A stretch of 64,000 nucleotides of DNA, from NCBI GenBank assembly GCA_963761335.1, contig CAVXGR010000018.1:160001-224000 (forward strand), given 5' to 3'. The DNA comes from an uncultured delta proteobacterium (lineage in GTDB: Bacteria > Desulfobacterota > Binatia > HRBIN30 > BPIQ01). The notes below the pieces were generated by a model. The model did not search any database and had not been told where the DNA came from. It worked only from the letters and a program-made list of their open reading frames with translations. This document shows, in pieces, positions 9,983 to 23,378 of this stretch; the stretch's first letter is position 1; each line of letters starts with the position of its first letter. The translations under genes and the position numbers were made by a program.

Positions 9983-11110
9983 ATGATGGAAAGCAGGATT
10001 CGCTTCTCGCTCTGGTACCTCGTTGCCGCCTTCGTGCTCCTGCTGTTGCTGCACTCCTATCTCGTGCAGCAGCCGGTCGGCGACATCACCTACGGGCAGT
10101 TCAAGCAGCTGGTCGGCGCCGGCAAGATCTCCGATGTGACCCTGGGTTCGGACTACGTCACCGGGCGGGTCAAGCCGGCCGAGATCGAGGGCATTCTTCC
10201 CGCCGAGCGCGTCGAGGAGCTGCACCGCGGCGGCGACCAGCCGGTGCAGGTGCGCGCCGTCCGCGTCGAGGATCCGAAGATCGTCGAGGAGCTCGAGGCG
10301 CATCACATCAGCTACTCGGGGCAGCTGGCCAACACCTGGGTGACCCAGGTGATCTCCTGGGTCGGCACCGTGCTGTTCTTCCTGGTCATCTGGATGTTTC
10401 TCTTCCGCCGCATGGGCACGCCGGGCGGAGGCCTCATGTCCATCGGGCGCAGCAAGGCCAAGGTCTACGTCGAGAACGGGATGAAGGTCAGCTTCGACGA
10501 CTTTGCCGGCAACGACGAGGCCAAGGAGGAGCTGCGCGAGGTGGTGGAGTTCCTGCAATCGCCGGAGAAGTTCCGCCGCCTCGGCGGCAAGATTCCCAAG
10601 GGCGTGCTGCTGGTGGGCGCGCCGGGAACCGGGAAGACGCTGCTCGCCCGCGCCGTCGCCGGCGAGGCCAAGGTGCCCTTCTTCAGCATGAGCGGCTCGG
10701 AGTTCGTCGAGATGTTCGTCGGGGTCGGCGCGGCACGCGTGCGCGACCTGTTCGAGCAGGCGAAGCAGCGCGCTCCCTGCATCGTCTTCATCGACGAGCT
10801 CGACGCCCTGGGAAAGTCCCGCTCGATGAACCCGCTCGGCACCCACGACGAGCGCGAGCGGCGCTCGATGTTTCTCGATCCCAGCAGCCCGAGCGGTCGC
10901 CAGGAGTACAGCGACGAGACCGCCGCCGCCATCGACGAGGAGGTCAGCAAGATACTCGAGCGGGCCCACGAGCGCGTGCGCGAGATCCTCGTCACCCGCC
11001 GCACCGCCCTCGACGCCATCGCCCACCGCCTCCTCGAGCGCGAGGTGATCGACGGAGATGAGCTGCGCCAGCTCGCTGCGGCGGCCGAGCCGGAAAAGGC
11101 AACGGCGTAA
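9983..11110 (+). pseudogene. ftsH: FtsH paralog with in-frame internal deletion (lacks SRH and HExxH protease core)
   Basis: 2 TM helices, [35 protein letters not shown] and IVFIDELD are present; after HDERE the sequence jumps to the C-terminal [13 protein letters not shown]; only 375 aa. Confidence 0.8.
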
Positions 11111-11116
11111 GTCGGT

Positions 11117-11780
11117 GTCTCGGTGACTCGGTTATCGGGTTGTCGGGTTTTCGGGGGGCCATTGGGGACAGGCTACTTTTCCGGGACGACCTCAGACGCG
11201 ACCGCCCGACAAATTAGGGAAAGATCAGCCTGCTTCGAAAATCTGTTGGGTGAAGGTGTGGCGGAGCCCCGGCGCTGGGCCGGGAGGCTTATCGCCCCGA
11301 AGGGTCTGTCGGAGCCCCGGCGCTTGGCGTGGAGGTTATCGCCCCGGAGGGGCGCAGGCATGTAGCCCCGGGTGCAAACCCGGGGACTGCGTTCCGATGG
11401 GCCAGATCAGCGCCCCGGAGGGGCGCAGGCGTAGATGCCGCGTAAGACACGTCGATGAGCTTCCCACGCCCCCAGCGGTGATCATCGGCGTGCAGGCGCG
11501 ACATCGACGAAAATCTGCCCGCGCCCCTGGCGGGGCGCGTATGACGGAGCGCGCATTCTTCCCCGGGTTTCACCCGGGGCTACACGCCACCGCCCCTCCG
11601 GGGCGAACATCGCCGAGGCCAGAACCGCCAAATCTCTTCCCCGGCCAGATCCCCCGCCTCATTTTTATCGTCTGCTGGTGAGCCGCAAGGTTCATGATGC
11701 ACTGTCCCCAGGCGGCTCCTCTGCTCCGGAACTCGCCAACCCAAGAACCCTACGACCGAGTCACTGGCCACCGAGCCACG
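11117..11780. repeat. Composite intergenic repeat region (8-bp-period arms, REP half-site, 48-bp tandem duplication, REP doublet)
   Basis: NNCTCGGT/NTCGGGTT runs at 11117-11157 with inverse at ~11730-11780; GGGGACAGGCTACTTTTCC at 11164; tandem copies at 11262-11304 and 11310-11351. Confidence 0.75.
11340..11606. repeat. GTAG-type REP doublet (REPIN-like)
   Basis: GTAG-CCCCGGG-tgcaaa-CCCGGGG at 11362-11385, inverted CCCCGGG-tttca-CCCGGGG-CTAC at 11561-11583, plus CGCCCCGGAGGGGCG palindromes; homolog at 57036-57256. Confidence 0.85.
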
Positions 11781-11841
11781 CATTCGTCAGATTGCGTTTT
11801 GGTGCGTTTGGTGACACACGAACACGTCAAGAGGAAGGTCG

Positions 11842-12312
11842 ATGCTGAAGCTGAAGAACGTTCTGGTGCCGGTGGACTTCTCCGAGGATTCGCTCAATGC
11901 CCTCGACTACGCGCGCGAGTTCGCGAAGAGCTTCAAGGCACAGCTCACGGTGCTCTTCGTCGTCGAGCCGATCTACTACGCCACACCCAGTGAGCTCTAC
12001 GGGCCGACGGCGAACATGGCGCTGCTGCTCGAGGAGCAGCGCGAGATCGGCAAGAAGCAGCTCGACGATCTGACCGCGGAGCTGAAGAAGAAGCGCGAGA
12101 ACGTCAAGACGGTGATGCGCACCGGCACGCCGTACCAGGCCATTCTCGACGCCGCCAAGCGCCACAAGGCGGACCTCATCATCATGGGGACGCACGGCCG
12201 CACCGGTCTCTCCCACATGCTCATGGGCAGCGTCGCCGAGCGCGTCGTCCGCGGCGCCGAATGCCCGGTTCTCACCGTCCGCCTCGGCAAGAAGAAGCGG
12301 CGGAAAAAATAG
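11842..12312 (+). CDS. Universal stress protein
   Basis: NVLVPVDFSEDS...DLIIMGTHGRTGLSHMLMGSVAERVVR..ECPVLTVR. Confidence 0.95.
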   Translation: MLKLKNVLVPVDFSEDSLNALDYAREFAKSFKAQLTVLFVVEPIYYATPSELYGPTANMALLLEEQREIGKKQLDDLTAELKKKRENVKTVMRTGTPYQAILDAAKRHKADLIIMGTHGRTGLSHMLMGSVAERVVRGAECPVLTVRLGKKKRRKK

Positions 12313-12439
12313 TTGCTCGGTTTCTCGGTGGTGGGTGGGTTATCGGGTTGTCGAGTTTTCGGGGTTGGCGGGGTGAGGGACGACGTGGCTCGGTAGAACC
12401 GAACCCGATGACCCGGTAACCGAGCCACCGAGATACCAC

Positions 12440-12452
<13 letters not shown>
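12309..12452. repeat. Inverted 8-bp-period repeat element between convergent genes
   Basis: ATAGTTGCTCGGTTTCTCGGTGG... and ...AACCGAGCCACCGAGATAC; homolog at 53081-53290. Confidence 0.75.
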
Positions 12453-13644
<1,192 letters not shown>

Positions 13645-13648
<4 letters not shown>

Positions 13649-14574
13649 TCTCCCGGACGTCTGCCGTGTTGCAGCAGCCAGACCATCACGGCCTTCTGCG
13701 CGTGCAGCCGGTTCTCCGCCTGGTCGAAGACGATCGACTGCGGGCCGTCGATGACCTCCGCCGTGATCTCCTGGCCGCGATGTGCCGGCAGGCAGTGCAT
13801 GACCAGGGCACCCGGCTTGGCCACCGACAGCACCTGGGCGTTCAGCTGGTACGGGCCCAGCACCGACAGCCGGGCGCGGGCCTCGCTCTCCTGCCCCATG
13901 CTCACCCAGACGTCGGTGTAGAGCACGTCCGCATCGCGCGCCGCCTCGGTGATGTCGTCCGTGAGCCTGATCCGCGCCCCATCGCGGCTGGCGGCGGCGC
14001 GCACCTCCGGGTCGGGCTCGTAGCCGGGTGGGCAGGCGATCGACAGTGAGAACCCGAGCCGCGCCGCGGCGTTGATCCAGGAGTTCACCATGTTGTTGCC
14101 GTCGCCGATGAAGGTGATGTGCAGCTTGTCGAGGCGCCGATGGCGCTCGATCAGGGTGAAGCAGTCGCTGAGCACCTGACAGGGGTGCAGCAGGTCGGAG
14201 AGGCCGTTGATGACCGGCGCCGAGGAGTGCCGCGCCAGCTCTACCAGGGTGGCGTGCGAGTAGGTGCGGGCCATGACGAGGTCCACCCAGCGGTCGAGGT
14301 TGCGGGCGATGTCGGCGACCGACTCGCGCTTGCCGAGCTGGATGTCGGCCGGCGTCAGGTAGATCGCCTGGCCGCCGAGCTGATTCATGCCGACCTCGAA
14401 GGTGACGCGGGTGCGCAGGCTCGGCTTCTCGAAGATCATCGCCAGCGTGCGGCCGGCGAGGGGTGCGCCGGGGGTACCGGCCTTCAGCTCGCGCTTGAGA
14501 CGCGCGGTGAGGGAGAGAAGGTCGTGCAGCTCCTCTCCGGTGAAATCGCTGAGCGAGAGGAAGTCGCGCTTCAT
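13645..14574 (-). CDS. argF: Ornithine carbamoyltransferase
   Basis: Starts [33 protein letters not shown]. Confidence 0.97.
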
Positions 14575-15755
14575 TTCTTCAGGGCGGCAGTCAGGATGTG
14601 GATGGCCTCGTCGATCTCGGCGCGGCTGACGATCAGGGGCGGGCAGAGGCGCAGCACGCGCTCGGCCGTGCAGTTGATCAGCAGGCCGGCTTCGCGGCAG
14701 CACTCGACGATCGGCGCTCCCGGGGCGCTCAGCTCCGCGCCGAGCAGCAGACCGGAGCCGCGCACCTCTTTGATGATCGGGAAATCGCCCTGCAGGCGCC
14801 GCAGCGCCTCGCGCAGATAAGCACCGGACTCCGCGCCCTGCTGCAGGACGCCGCCGCCGACCAGCGTCTCGAGGACGGCGAGGGCGGCGGCACAGGTCAG
14901 GGCATTGCCGCCGAAGGTGGAGCCGTGGGCTCCGGCGGTAAAGGCCGCCGCCACCGCCTCGGTGGAGAGCATGGCGCCGATGGGTACGCCATTGCCGAGC
15001 CCCTTGGCCAGGGTCATGATGTCGGGGGTGATGCCGGCATCCTCGTAGGCGAAGAGCCGCCCGAGGCGGCCGACGCCGGTCTGAATCTCGTCGAGGATGA
15101 GCAGCAGGCCGCGGCGGTCGCAGAGCTCGCGCACCCGCCGGAGATAGTCTGGCGGGGGGACGACGACGCCGCCTTCGCCCTGCACCGGCTCGAGCATCAC
15201 CGCGATGGTCTCGTCGCGGATGGTGTCGCCGAGCGCCTCGACGTCGCCATAGGGCACGTAGCGGAAGCCGCCGGGGAGCGGCTGGAAGCCGCGGCGCACC
15301 TTCTCCTGGCCGGTGGCGACGATGGTGGTCATGGTGCGGCCGTGAAACGAGCCGGTGGCGGTGATGATCTCGAAGCGGCCGCCGGCGAGCTCGTTGCCGT
15401 ACTTGCGCGCCAGCTTGATGGCCGCCTCGTTGGCCTCGGCGCCGCTGTTGCACAGGAAGACGCGCTCGGCGAACGACAGCTCGCAGAGCTTCTGCGCCAG
15501 GAGGGCGGACGGCTCGTTGTAGTGGAGGTTGGAGACGTGCAGGATGCGGGCCGCCTGCTCCGCCAGCGCCGCGGTGACCGCCGGATGGGCGTGCCCCAAG
15601 CAGGTGACCACGGTGCTCGAGAAGAAGTCGAGATACTCGCGCCCATCGGCGTCCCACACGCGGCAGCCCTCGCCGCGGGTGATGGCGAGCGGCGCCCGCG
15701 CGTAGACGGGGAACAGGTAACGCTCACTGATGCGGATGATCTCGGCATTGGTCAT
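14571..15755 (-). CDS. argD: Acetylornithine aminotransferase
   Basis: [42 protein letters not shown]; within arg operon. Confidence 0.95.
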   Translation of the reverse strand: MTNAEIIRISERYLFPVYARAPLAITRGEGCRVWDADGREYLDFFSSTVVTCLGHAHPAVTAALAEQAARILHVSNLHYNEPSALLAQKLCELSFAERVFLCNSGAEANEAAIKLARKYGNELAGGRFEIITATGSFHGRTMTTIVATGQEKVRRGFQPLPGGFRYVPYGDVEALGDTIRDETIAVMLEPVQGEGGVVVPPPDYLRRVRELCDRRGLLLILDEIQTGVGRLGRLFAYEDAGITPDIMTLAKGLGNGVPIGAMLSTEAVAAAFTAGAHGSTFGGNALTCAAALAVLETLVGGGVLQQGAESGAYLREALRRLQGDFPIIKEVRGSGLLLGAELSAPGAPIVECCREAGLLINCTAERVLRLCPPLIVSRAEIDEAIHILTAALKK

Positions 15756-15784
15756 CGGCTGTCTCCGTTGGCGCCGGCGCCGGC

Positions 15785-18103
<2,319 letters not shown>

Positions 18104-18107
<4 letters not shown>

Positions 18108-18667
18108 CCGAGCTCCTCGACGATCACCTGATCGTTGGTGTAGACGCAGATCTCCGCGGCGATGCGCATTGCCTCGCGCGCCACCGCCGCCAGCTCCAGG
18201 TCGGTGTGCGCCATCAGGGCGCGCGCCGCGGCAAGGGCAAAGTTGCCGCCGGAGCCGATGGCGACGATGTCGTCGTCGGGCTCGATGATGTCGCCGGCGC
18301 CGGAGAGCAGCAGCAGGCCCTCGGGCGAGGCGACGATCATCAGCGCGTCGAGCCGCCGCAGGATGCGGTCGGTGCGCCAGTCCTTGGCCAGCTCGACCGC
18401 GGCGCGGACCAGCTGGCCGCCGAACTGCTCGAGCTTCTTCTCGAACTTGTCGAACAGGGTGATGGCGTCGGCCGTCGAGCCGGCGAAGCCGGCGAGGACC
18501 TTGCCCTGGTACAGGCGGCGCACCTTGCGCGCCGTGCGCTTGACGACGGTGACCCCGAGGGTCACCTGGCCGTCGCCGGCGAGGACGACCTTGCCGCCGC
18601 GGCGCAGCGCCACGATGGTGGTGCCGTGCATGCCGGCGGGAATCGGGGGAGTGATGTGCTCTGTCAT
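18104..18667 (-). CDS. hslV: HslV protease subunit
   Basis: [31 protein letters not shown]. Confidence 0.97.
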
Positions 18668-18701
18668 CGGTCGATTACGAATGGATCACATTTGCGCCGA
18701 T

Positions 18702-18773
18702 GGGGACAGGCTACTTTTGCGCCCGAGATCATTGTGCTCGTGAAAATCCGAGCCGCAAAAGTAGCCTGTCCCC
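18702..18773. repeat. 20-bp perfect inverted repeat, GGGGACAGGCTACTTTT family
   Basis: GGGGACAGGCTACTTTTGCG / CGCAAAAGTAGCCTGTCCCC. Confidence 0.85.
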
Positions 18774-18782
18774 CGAGTGCTG

Positions 18783-19694
18783 CTAGGCCCGCGGGTGCGC
18801 CTTGTCGTACACCTGCATCAGGTGATCGACGTCGATGTGAGTGTACTTCTGCGTCGTCGACAGGCTCGCGTGTCCGAGCAGCTCCTGGATCGCCCGCAGG
18901 TCGGCGCCGGCGCTGAGCATGTGGGTGGCGAAGCTGTGCCGCAGGGCGTGCGGGGTGGCCTTGGTGGCGATGCCGCTCGCCAGGATGTAGCGCTCCATCA
19001 GTCGCGCCACGCTGCGTGTCGTCAGCCGCGTGCCGGCGCGGTTGAGGAAGACGGCGGACTCGTCGAAGAGCCGCCGGCGGCAGAGGTCGGCACGGCGGAG
19101 GCGATAGGTGGCCAGTGCCGCCAGAGCGCGCTTGCCGATCGGCACGATGCGCTCCTTGTCGCCCTTGCCGCGGACCCGCAGCACCTCGAGGCTCTCGTCG
19201 ATATGCTCCCAGTTCAGCCCCACCAGCTCGCTGACGCGGATGCCGGTGGAGTAGATGACCTCGAGCAGGGCGCGGTCGCGCAGCCCCGTGGGTGTTCCGT
19301 CGGGCGGCGTCTCCAGCAGGCGGAAGACGTCGTCCACGGTGAGATGCACCGGCAGCTGCTTGTCCTTCTTGGGAGTGGCAATGCCGGCCGTGGGGTCGGT
19401 CTGCAGCCGGCCGCGGCGGCGCAGGTGACGGCAAAAGCTCTTCACCGAAGAGAGCTTGCGCCCGACGGAGCTCTTGCGGTGGTGCTGGAGGAGCCAGGCC
19501 ACGTACTGGCGGAGAGCGGCGGTGTCCAAGGCGGTCAGCTCGACCTCCTGCCCCAACGTTGTCAGGCAGAGGCCGCGCTCGATCAGGAAGGCGCGCAGCT
19601 GGCGGAGATCGCTGCCGTAATTGCGCAGGGTGTGCGGCGAGGCGTTTTCCTCGACTCGGAGCGTTTCCTGAAACTCGAGGATCTCGGCCAGCAT
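18783..19694 (-). CDS. xerC: Tyrosine recombinase XerC
   Basis: SPHTLRNY, LRDRALLE...GIRVSEL, GKGDKER, HALRHSFATH, LGH..LSTTQKY; upstream of hslVU. Confidence 0.93.
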   Translation of the reverse strand: MLAEILEFQETLRVEENASPHTLRNYGSDLRQLRAFLIERGLCLTTLGQEVELTALDTAALRQYVAWLLQHHRKSSVGRKLSSVKSFCRHLRRRGRLQTDPTAGIATPKKDKQLPVHLTVDDVFRLLETPPDGTPTGLRDRALLEVIYSTGIRVSELVGLNWEHIDESLEVLRVRGKGDKERIVPIGKRALAALATYRLRRADLCRRRLFDESAVFLNRAGTRLTTRSVARLMERYILASGIATKATPHALRHSFATHMLSAGADLRAIQELLGHASLSTTQKYTHIDVDHLMQVYDKAHPRA

Positions 19695-19782
19695 CGTGCC
19701 CCCGCCTATAGCAACATTTTGCCACGTCGCAAGGGACCGGTGCCCCTGACACGGCATCCCGGCAGTGGTAAGCTCGCCGGCC

Positions 19783-20070
19783 ATGAGACTGTGTCAGGCC
19801 TGTGGCGCCGAGATCACCTCCCCGGAGCGGATCGGACGGCGCGACACCTGTCTCCGCTGTGGCGCCGACCTGCACGCCTGCAGGAGCTGCCGCTTCTACG
19901 TGCCCGGGCACCACAACGACTGCCTGGAATCGCAGGCGGAGCGGGTGGTCGACAAGATGCGGGGCAATTTCTGCGACTACTTCTCCTTCCGCGAGGGCGG
20001 CGCTGGCGCCGCGGCGCCGGTGAGCGAGGCTCGGGGCGCCCTCGAGGCGCTCTTTCGCAAGCGGAGCTGA
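19783..20070 (+). CDS. Small Cys-rich (zinc-ribbon-like) protein
   Basis: CQAC, CLRC, CRSC plus two further Cys; 95 aa. Confidence 0.75.
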   Translation: MRLCQACGAEITSPERIGRRDTCLRCGADLHACRSCRFYVPGHHNDCLESQAERVVDKMRGNFCDYFSFREGGAGAAAPVSEARGALEALFRKRS

Positions 20071-20074
20071 CGAG

Positions 20075-20506
20075 GTGCTGACAATGGGCCGATGGCCGTG
20101 GTTGATCTCGACTTTCCTGCTGCTGGTGCTGAGCGCCTGCCAGCCGAGCGCCGATACCGCTCTGGGAACGGCGCAGCGCTTCCTCGATGAGCATTACGTG
20201 CGCATCGACCTGCAGAAGGCGAAGACCTATACCACCGGTCTGGCCTCTCACAAGCTCGCCGAGGAGGAGAGATTGATCGAGGGGCAGGTGATCGACGAAA
20301 GCACGCGCAAGCCGCACGTGCACTACAAGCTGCTGGAGACGCATGCGGGGGATGGCGGTGCCGTCACCTTCCTCTTCGAGGGCACCATCCGCGTCGACGA
20401 CGCCGGCTCGTTCAACCGCCAGTGGCTGGTCACCGCCAAGAAGGAAGGCGGACAGTGGCGGGTCTCGAACTATCAGGAGTACGAGCAGGCCGCGGCCGGC
20501 TCGTAG
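20075..20506 (+). CDS. Hypothetical lipoprotein
   Basis: Lipobox LSAC after hydrophobic stretch; start may be 20084. Confidence 0.7.
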   Translation: MLTMGRWPWLISTFLLLVLSACQPSADTALGTAQRFLDEHYVRIDLQKAKTYTTGLASHKLAEEERLIEGQVIDESTRKPHVHYKLLETHAGDGGAVTFLFEGTIRVDDAGSFNRQWLVTAKKEGGQWRVSNYQEYEQAAAGS

Positions 20507-20508
20507 TC

Positions 20509-21309
20509 TCAGCGCCCCTTGAACGAAGGCAGGCGCTTCTCCATCACCGCCCGAATTCCCTCGCGCGCGTCCTCGGTGGCGAAGGTGGCGCTCTGGTTGA
20601 GAGATTCGTAGTCGAGCATCTCTTCCATCGAGTGGTTGACGCCGCGGTAGATCGACTTCTTGACCATGCGCGCCACCAGCGGCGCGGCGGCGGCGATCTC
20701 GCTGGCGAGAGTGTGCACGGCGCCGGCGAACTCTTCGCGCCCCACGGCTCGGTTGACAATGCCGAGAGACGCGGCCTCGGCGCCATCGATGAGTCGGCCG
20801 GTGAAGAACAGCTCGCAGGCGCGTGCCGTTCCCACCAGCCGGGGAAGGCTGTAGGTGGCGCCCATCCCCGGATGGAGGCCCAGCTTGGCGAAGGTCATTC
20901 CCATCTTGGCGTCGGCGACGGCGATGCGCATGTCGCAGGCGAGGGCGATGCAGAAGCCGGCGCCGATCGCGTGGCCGTTGATCGCGGCGATGGTCGGCAT
21001 CGGCAGGCTGCGGATGCTCAGGTAGCGGCTGTAAAAGTCGCGCGGCGAACCGCCCATGCTGGGTCCGGCGGCCTCGCCGCCGATGCCCGCATCGCGCGCC
21101 AGCATGCTCAGATCGCCCCCGGAGCTGAAGGACTTGCCGGCGCCGGTCAGCACCACGACGCGGGTCTCGGGGTCGGCGCTGAGCTCGGCAACGGCGCGCA
21201 CCACCTCTTCGCCCATCGCCGGGGTCATCGAGTTGCGCGTCTCGGGATGGTTGAAGGTGAGGGTGACGATGCCGCCCTCGCGGCTCAGGGCAATGTGCTC
21301 GTAGGCCAT
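20509..21309 (-). CDS. Enoyl-CoA hydratase/isomerase
   Basis: Starts MAYEHIAL; FSSGGDL, PTIAAINGHAIGAG, ACDMRIA. Confidence 0.92.
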   Translation of the reverse strand: MAYEHIALSREGGIVTLTFNHPETRNSMTPAMGEEVVRAVAELSADPETRVVVLTGAGKSFSSGGDLSMLARDAGIGGEAAGPSMGGSPRDFYSRYLSIRSLPMPTIAAINGHAIGAGFCIALACDMRIAVADAKMGMTFAKLGLHPGMGATYSLPRLVGTARACELFFTGRLIDGAEAASLGIVNRAVGREEFAGAVHTLASEIAAAAPLVARMVKKSIYRGVNHSMEEMLDYESLNQSATFATEDAREGIRAVMEKRLPSFKGR

Positions 21310-21390
21310 GGGGCGCTTGTAGCCAAGCGGCGGAATCGAGTCAAAATGAGGCACCGGCGTCGGCGCTCGCATTGACGAGCTTCGCCGCTC

Positions 21391-22062
21391 GTGGCTACCC
21401 TCCGCCTCGTGCGGTTCCTCCTGGCGCTCGCCGTCCTCGCCGTCCTGCTGTTTCTCCTGCGGGTGCCGCTGTTGCGCGCCATCGGTCGCTCCCTGGTGGT
21501 CTCCGACGCCCCGGCGCACGCCGACGCCATCGTCGTGCTTTCCGGGTCGATTCCGGACCGCATCCTCTGGGGAGCCGACCTCTACCGCCAGGGAATGGCG
21601 CCGCGCCTGGTGCTGACGCGCGAGGTGGAGGCGCCCGGCCTCGCGGAGCTGCGGGAGCGCGGGCTCGACCTGCCGGAGCGCAGCGATATCAACCTGACCC
21701 TGGCGCAGGAGCTCGGCGTTCCCCGCGGCGCCATTGACGTCGTCGGCCGCCCCGCGAGTAGCACCATCAGCGAGATCTCCTCGCTGCTGCCGGAGCTGCG
21801 GCGGCTGGGCGTCCACTCGCTTCTGCTGGTGACCTCGAAGACGCACTCCCGGCGCGCCGCCACCATCTTCCGCGCCCTCGCCGGCGGCGAGTTCTCCCTG
21901 CGCGTGTGCCCGACGCCCTACGACACCTTCTCCGCCGAAGACTGGTGGCGCCATCGCGAGGTGGCCCGGCGGGTGATCACCGAGTCCGCGAAGTGGCTGC
22001 TGTTCGAGCTGGTCGACCGCTGGCGGACTCAGAGCTTTCTCGACCGCGGAAGCGGAAAATGA
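21391..22062 (+). CDS. YdcF/DUF218 family protein
   Basis: N-terminal TM, ADAIVVLSG, LLLVTSKTHSRRA. Confidence 0.85.
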   Translation: MATLRLVRFLLALAVLAVLLFLLRVPLLRAIGRSLVVSDAPAHADAIVVLSGSIPDRILWGADLYRQGMAPRLVLTREVEAPGLAELRERGLDLPERSDINLTLAQELGVPRGAIDVVGRPASSTISEISSLLPELRRLGVHSLLLVTSKTHSRRAATIFRALAGGEFSLRVCPTPYDTFSAEDWWRHREVARRVITESAKWLLFELVDRWRTQSFLDRGSGK

Positions 22063-22346
22063 GCGAGCAGATCATTCCCATCTTCCTGCGGCTTCACCCG
22101 CGCGATATCGCCATGGCGAAGTTCGTCTTCGAGTCCTACGAGGGGGTGGCCGTAGTGCGCACGCTCGACCGGCGCGCCGCCGTCATCGTGGTGCTCGCGG
22201 TCGCCGACTTCGCCAACGTCGCCCGCGACATCGTGGTCTCGCTGCACGCCGCGATGGAGCTGGAGGAGATCGCGCCGCCGGCGGATGTCGGCGCTGATTG
22301 GCTGCTGGCGGCGCTCGCGAGTGAAGAGGAAGAGAATGTAAAATGA
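22059..22346 (+). CDS. DUF4911-like small protein
   Basis: RLHPRDIAMAKFVFESYEGVAVVRTLD; ATGA overlap with upstream gene. Confidence 0.75.
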   Translation: MSEQIIPIFLRLHPRDIAMAKFVFESYEGVAVVRTLDRRAAVIVVLAVADFANVARDIVVSLHAAMELEEIAPPADVGADWLLAALASEEEENVK

Positions 22347-22463
22347 AGAACGGGTGACCGGTGATGGAGAACCGGGCAACCGACTGCGAACCCGGGCGCC
22401 TCAACCGAGATCATTTGCCGGTTCTTCCATCACCGGTCACCGGCTCTCCATATTACATTCTCT
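22331..22463. repeat. ~49-bp imperfect inverted repeat with 7-bp periodicity between convergent genes
   Basis: 22331-22379 matches the reverse complement of 22415-22463. Confidence 0.8.
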
Positions 22464-23250
22464 TCTTTTCCTCCGGCGGGCCGCTCTTCTCTTCCTCGGG
22501 CTCTTCCTCGGGCTCTTCCTCGGGCGGGGCCTTGGGCCGGTGAACGGCCCAGGCGACGCCGATGCTCAGGCCGTAGAGTACCAGCAAGGGCGCCGCCATC
22601 AGCAGCTGCGAGGCGACGTCCGGCGGGGTGAGGACGGCGGCGATGATGAAGATGATCAGCACCGCGTAGCGGCCGAAGCGGATCATCGTGTGATGCGTCA
22701 CCAGCCCGGTGCGGGCCAGGAAGAAGGTTCCCACGGGCAGCTCGAAGGTCAGGCCGAATGCCAGCAGCAAGCGCGAGCTGAAGGTCAGGTACTCGCTGAT
22801 GCGGATGGTCGGCTGCACGCCGATCGATTGGTACTCGTTGATGAAGAAGACGAAGCCGACGGGGAAGATGATCTCGTAGCAGAAGACGGCGCCGATGAGA
22901 AAGAAGATGGTCCCGAAGATGACGAAAGGGCGGGCGTAGGATTTCTCGTGCTCGAGCAGGCCGGGGACCACGAAGGCCCAGACCTGGTAGAGGATGATCG
23001 GCAAGGCGAAGAACACCGAGGCGATGAAGGCCACCTTGAGCTTGGTGACGAAGGCCTCGATCATGCCGGTGCCGATGAGCTCCACCTGACCCGTCTGCAC
23101 GGCGAGCAGGGGTCGGGTGAGGATATTGAAGAACAGCTCGGAGAAGTTGTAGCAGCCGATGAAGGCCACGCCGATCGCGGCGATCGATACGATCAGGCGC
23201 CAGCGCAGCTCTTCGAGGTGCGCCGTCAATGGCATTTTCACGTCTGCCAT
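22453..23250 (-). CDS. tatC: Twin-arginine translocase TatC
   Basis: MPLTAHLEELRWRL, YQVWAFVVPGL, FELP, LTPPD. Confidence 0.97.
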   Translation of the reverse strand: MADVKMPLTAHLEELRWRLIVSIAAIGVAFIGCYNFSELFFNILTRPLLAVQTGQVELIGTGMIEAFVTKLKVAFIASVFFALPIILYQVWAFVVPGLLEHEKSYARPFVIFGTIFFLIGAVFCYEIIFPVGFVFFINEYQSIGVQPTIRISEYLTFSSRLLLAFGLTFELPVGTFFLARTGLVTHHTMIRFGRYAVLIIFIIAAVLTPPDVASQLLMAAPLLVLYGLSIGVAWAVHRPKAPPEEEPEEEPEEEKSGPPEEKKRM

Positions 23251-23378
23251 CGGTCAGCTCAAGATTCGCGAACGGCGGTGCGGTCGGTCACGCGGCGGAG
23301 TCGGAGAGTGGTCAGGGATGGGCGCGGGCCTCGGCGCTCGAGAGGCGCGGCCGCACCCGCACCCGGCGTCGGGGAAGA

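Noticed and set aside
11262..11351. Possible CRISPR array from direct repeats (also considered 42378-42514)
   Set aside because: Only two adjacent copies or simple tandem units, with no unique spacers and no cas genes.
18783..19694. Tyrosine recombinase as a phage or island integrase
   Set aside because: Sequence and xerC-hslV-hslU context indicate chromosomal XerC.
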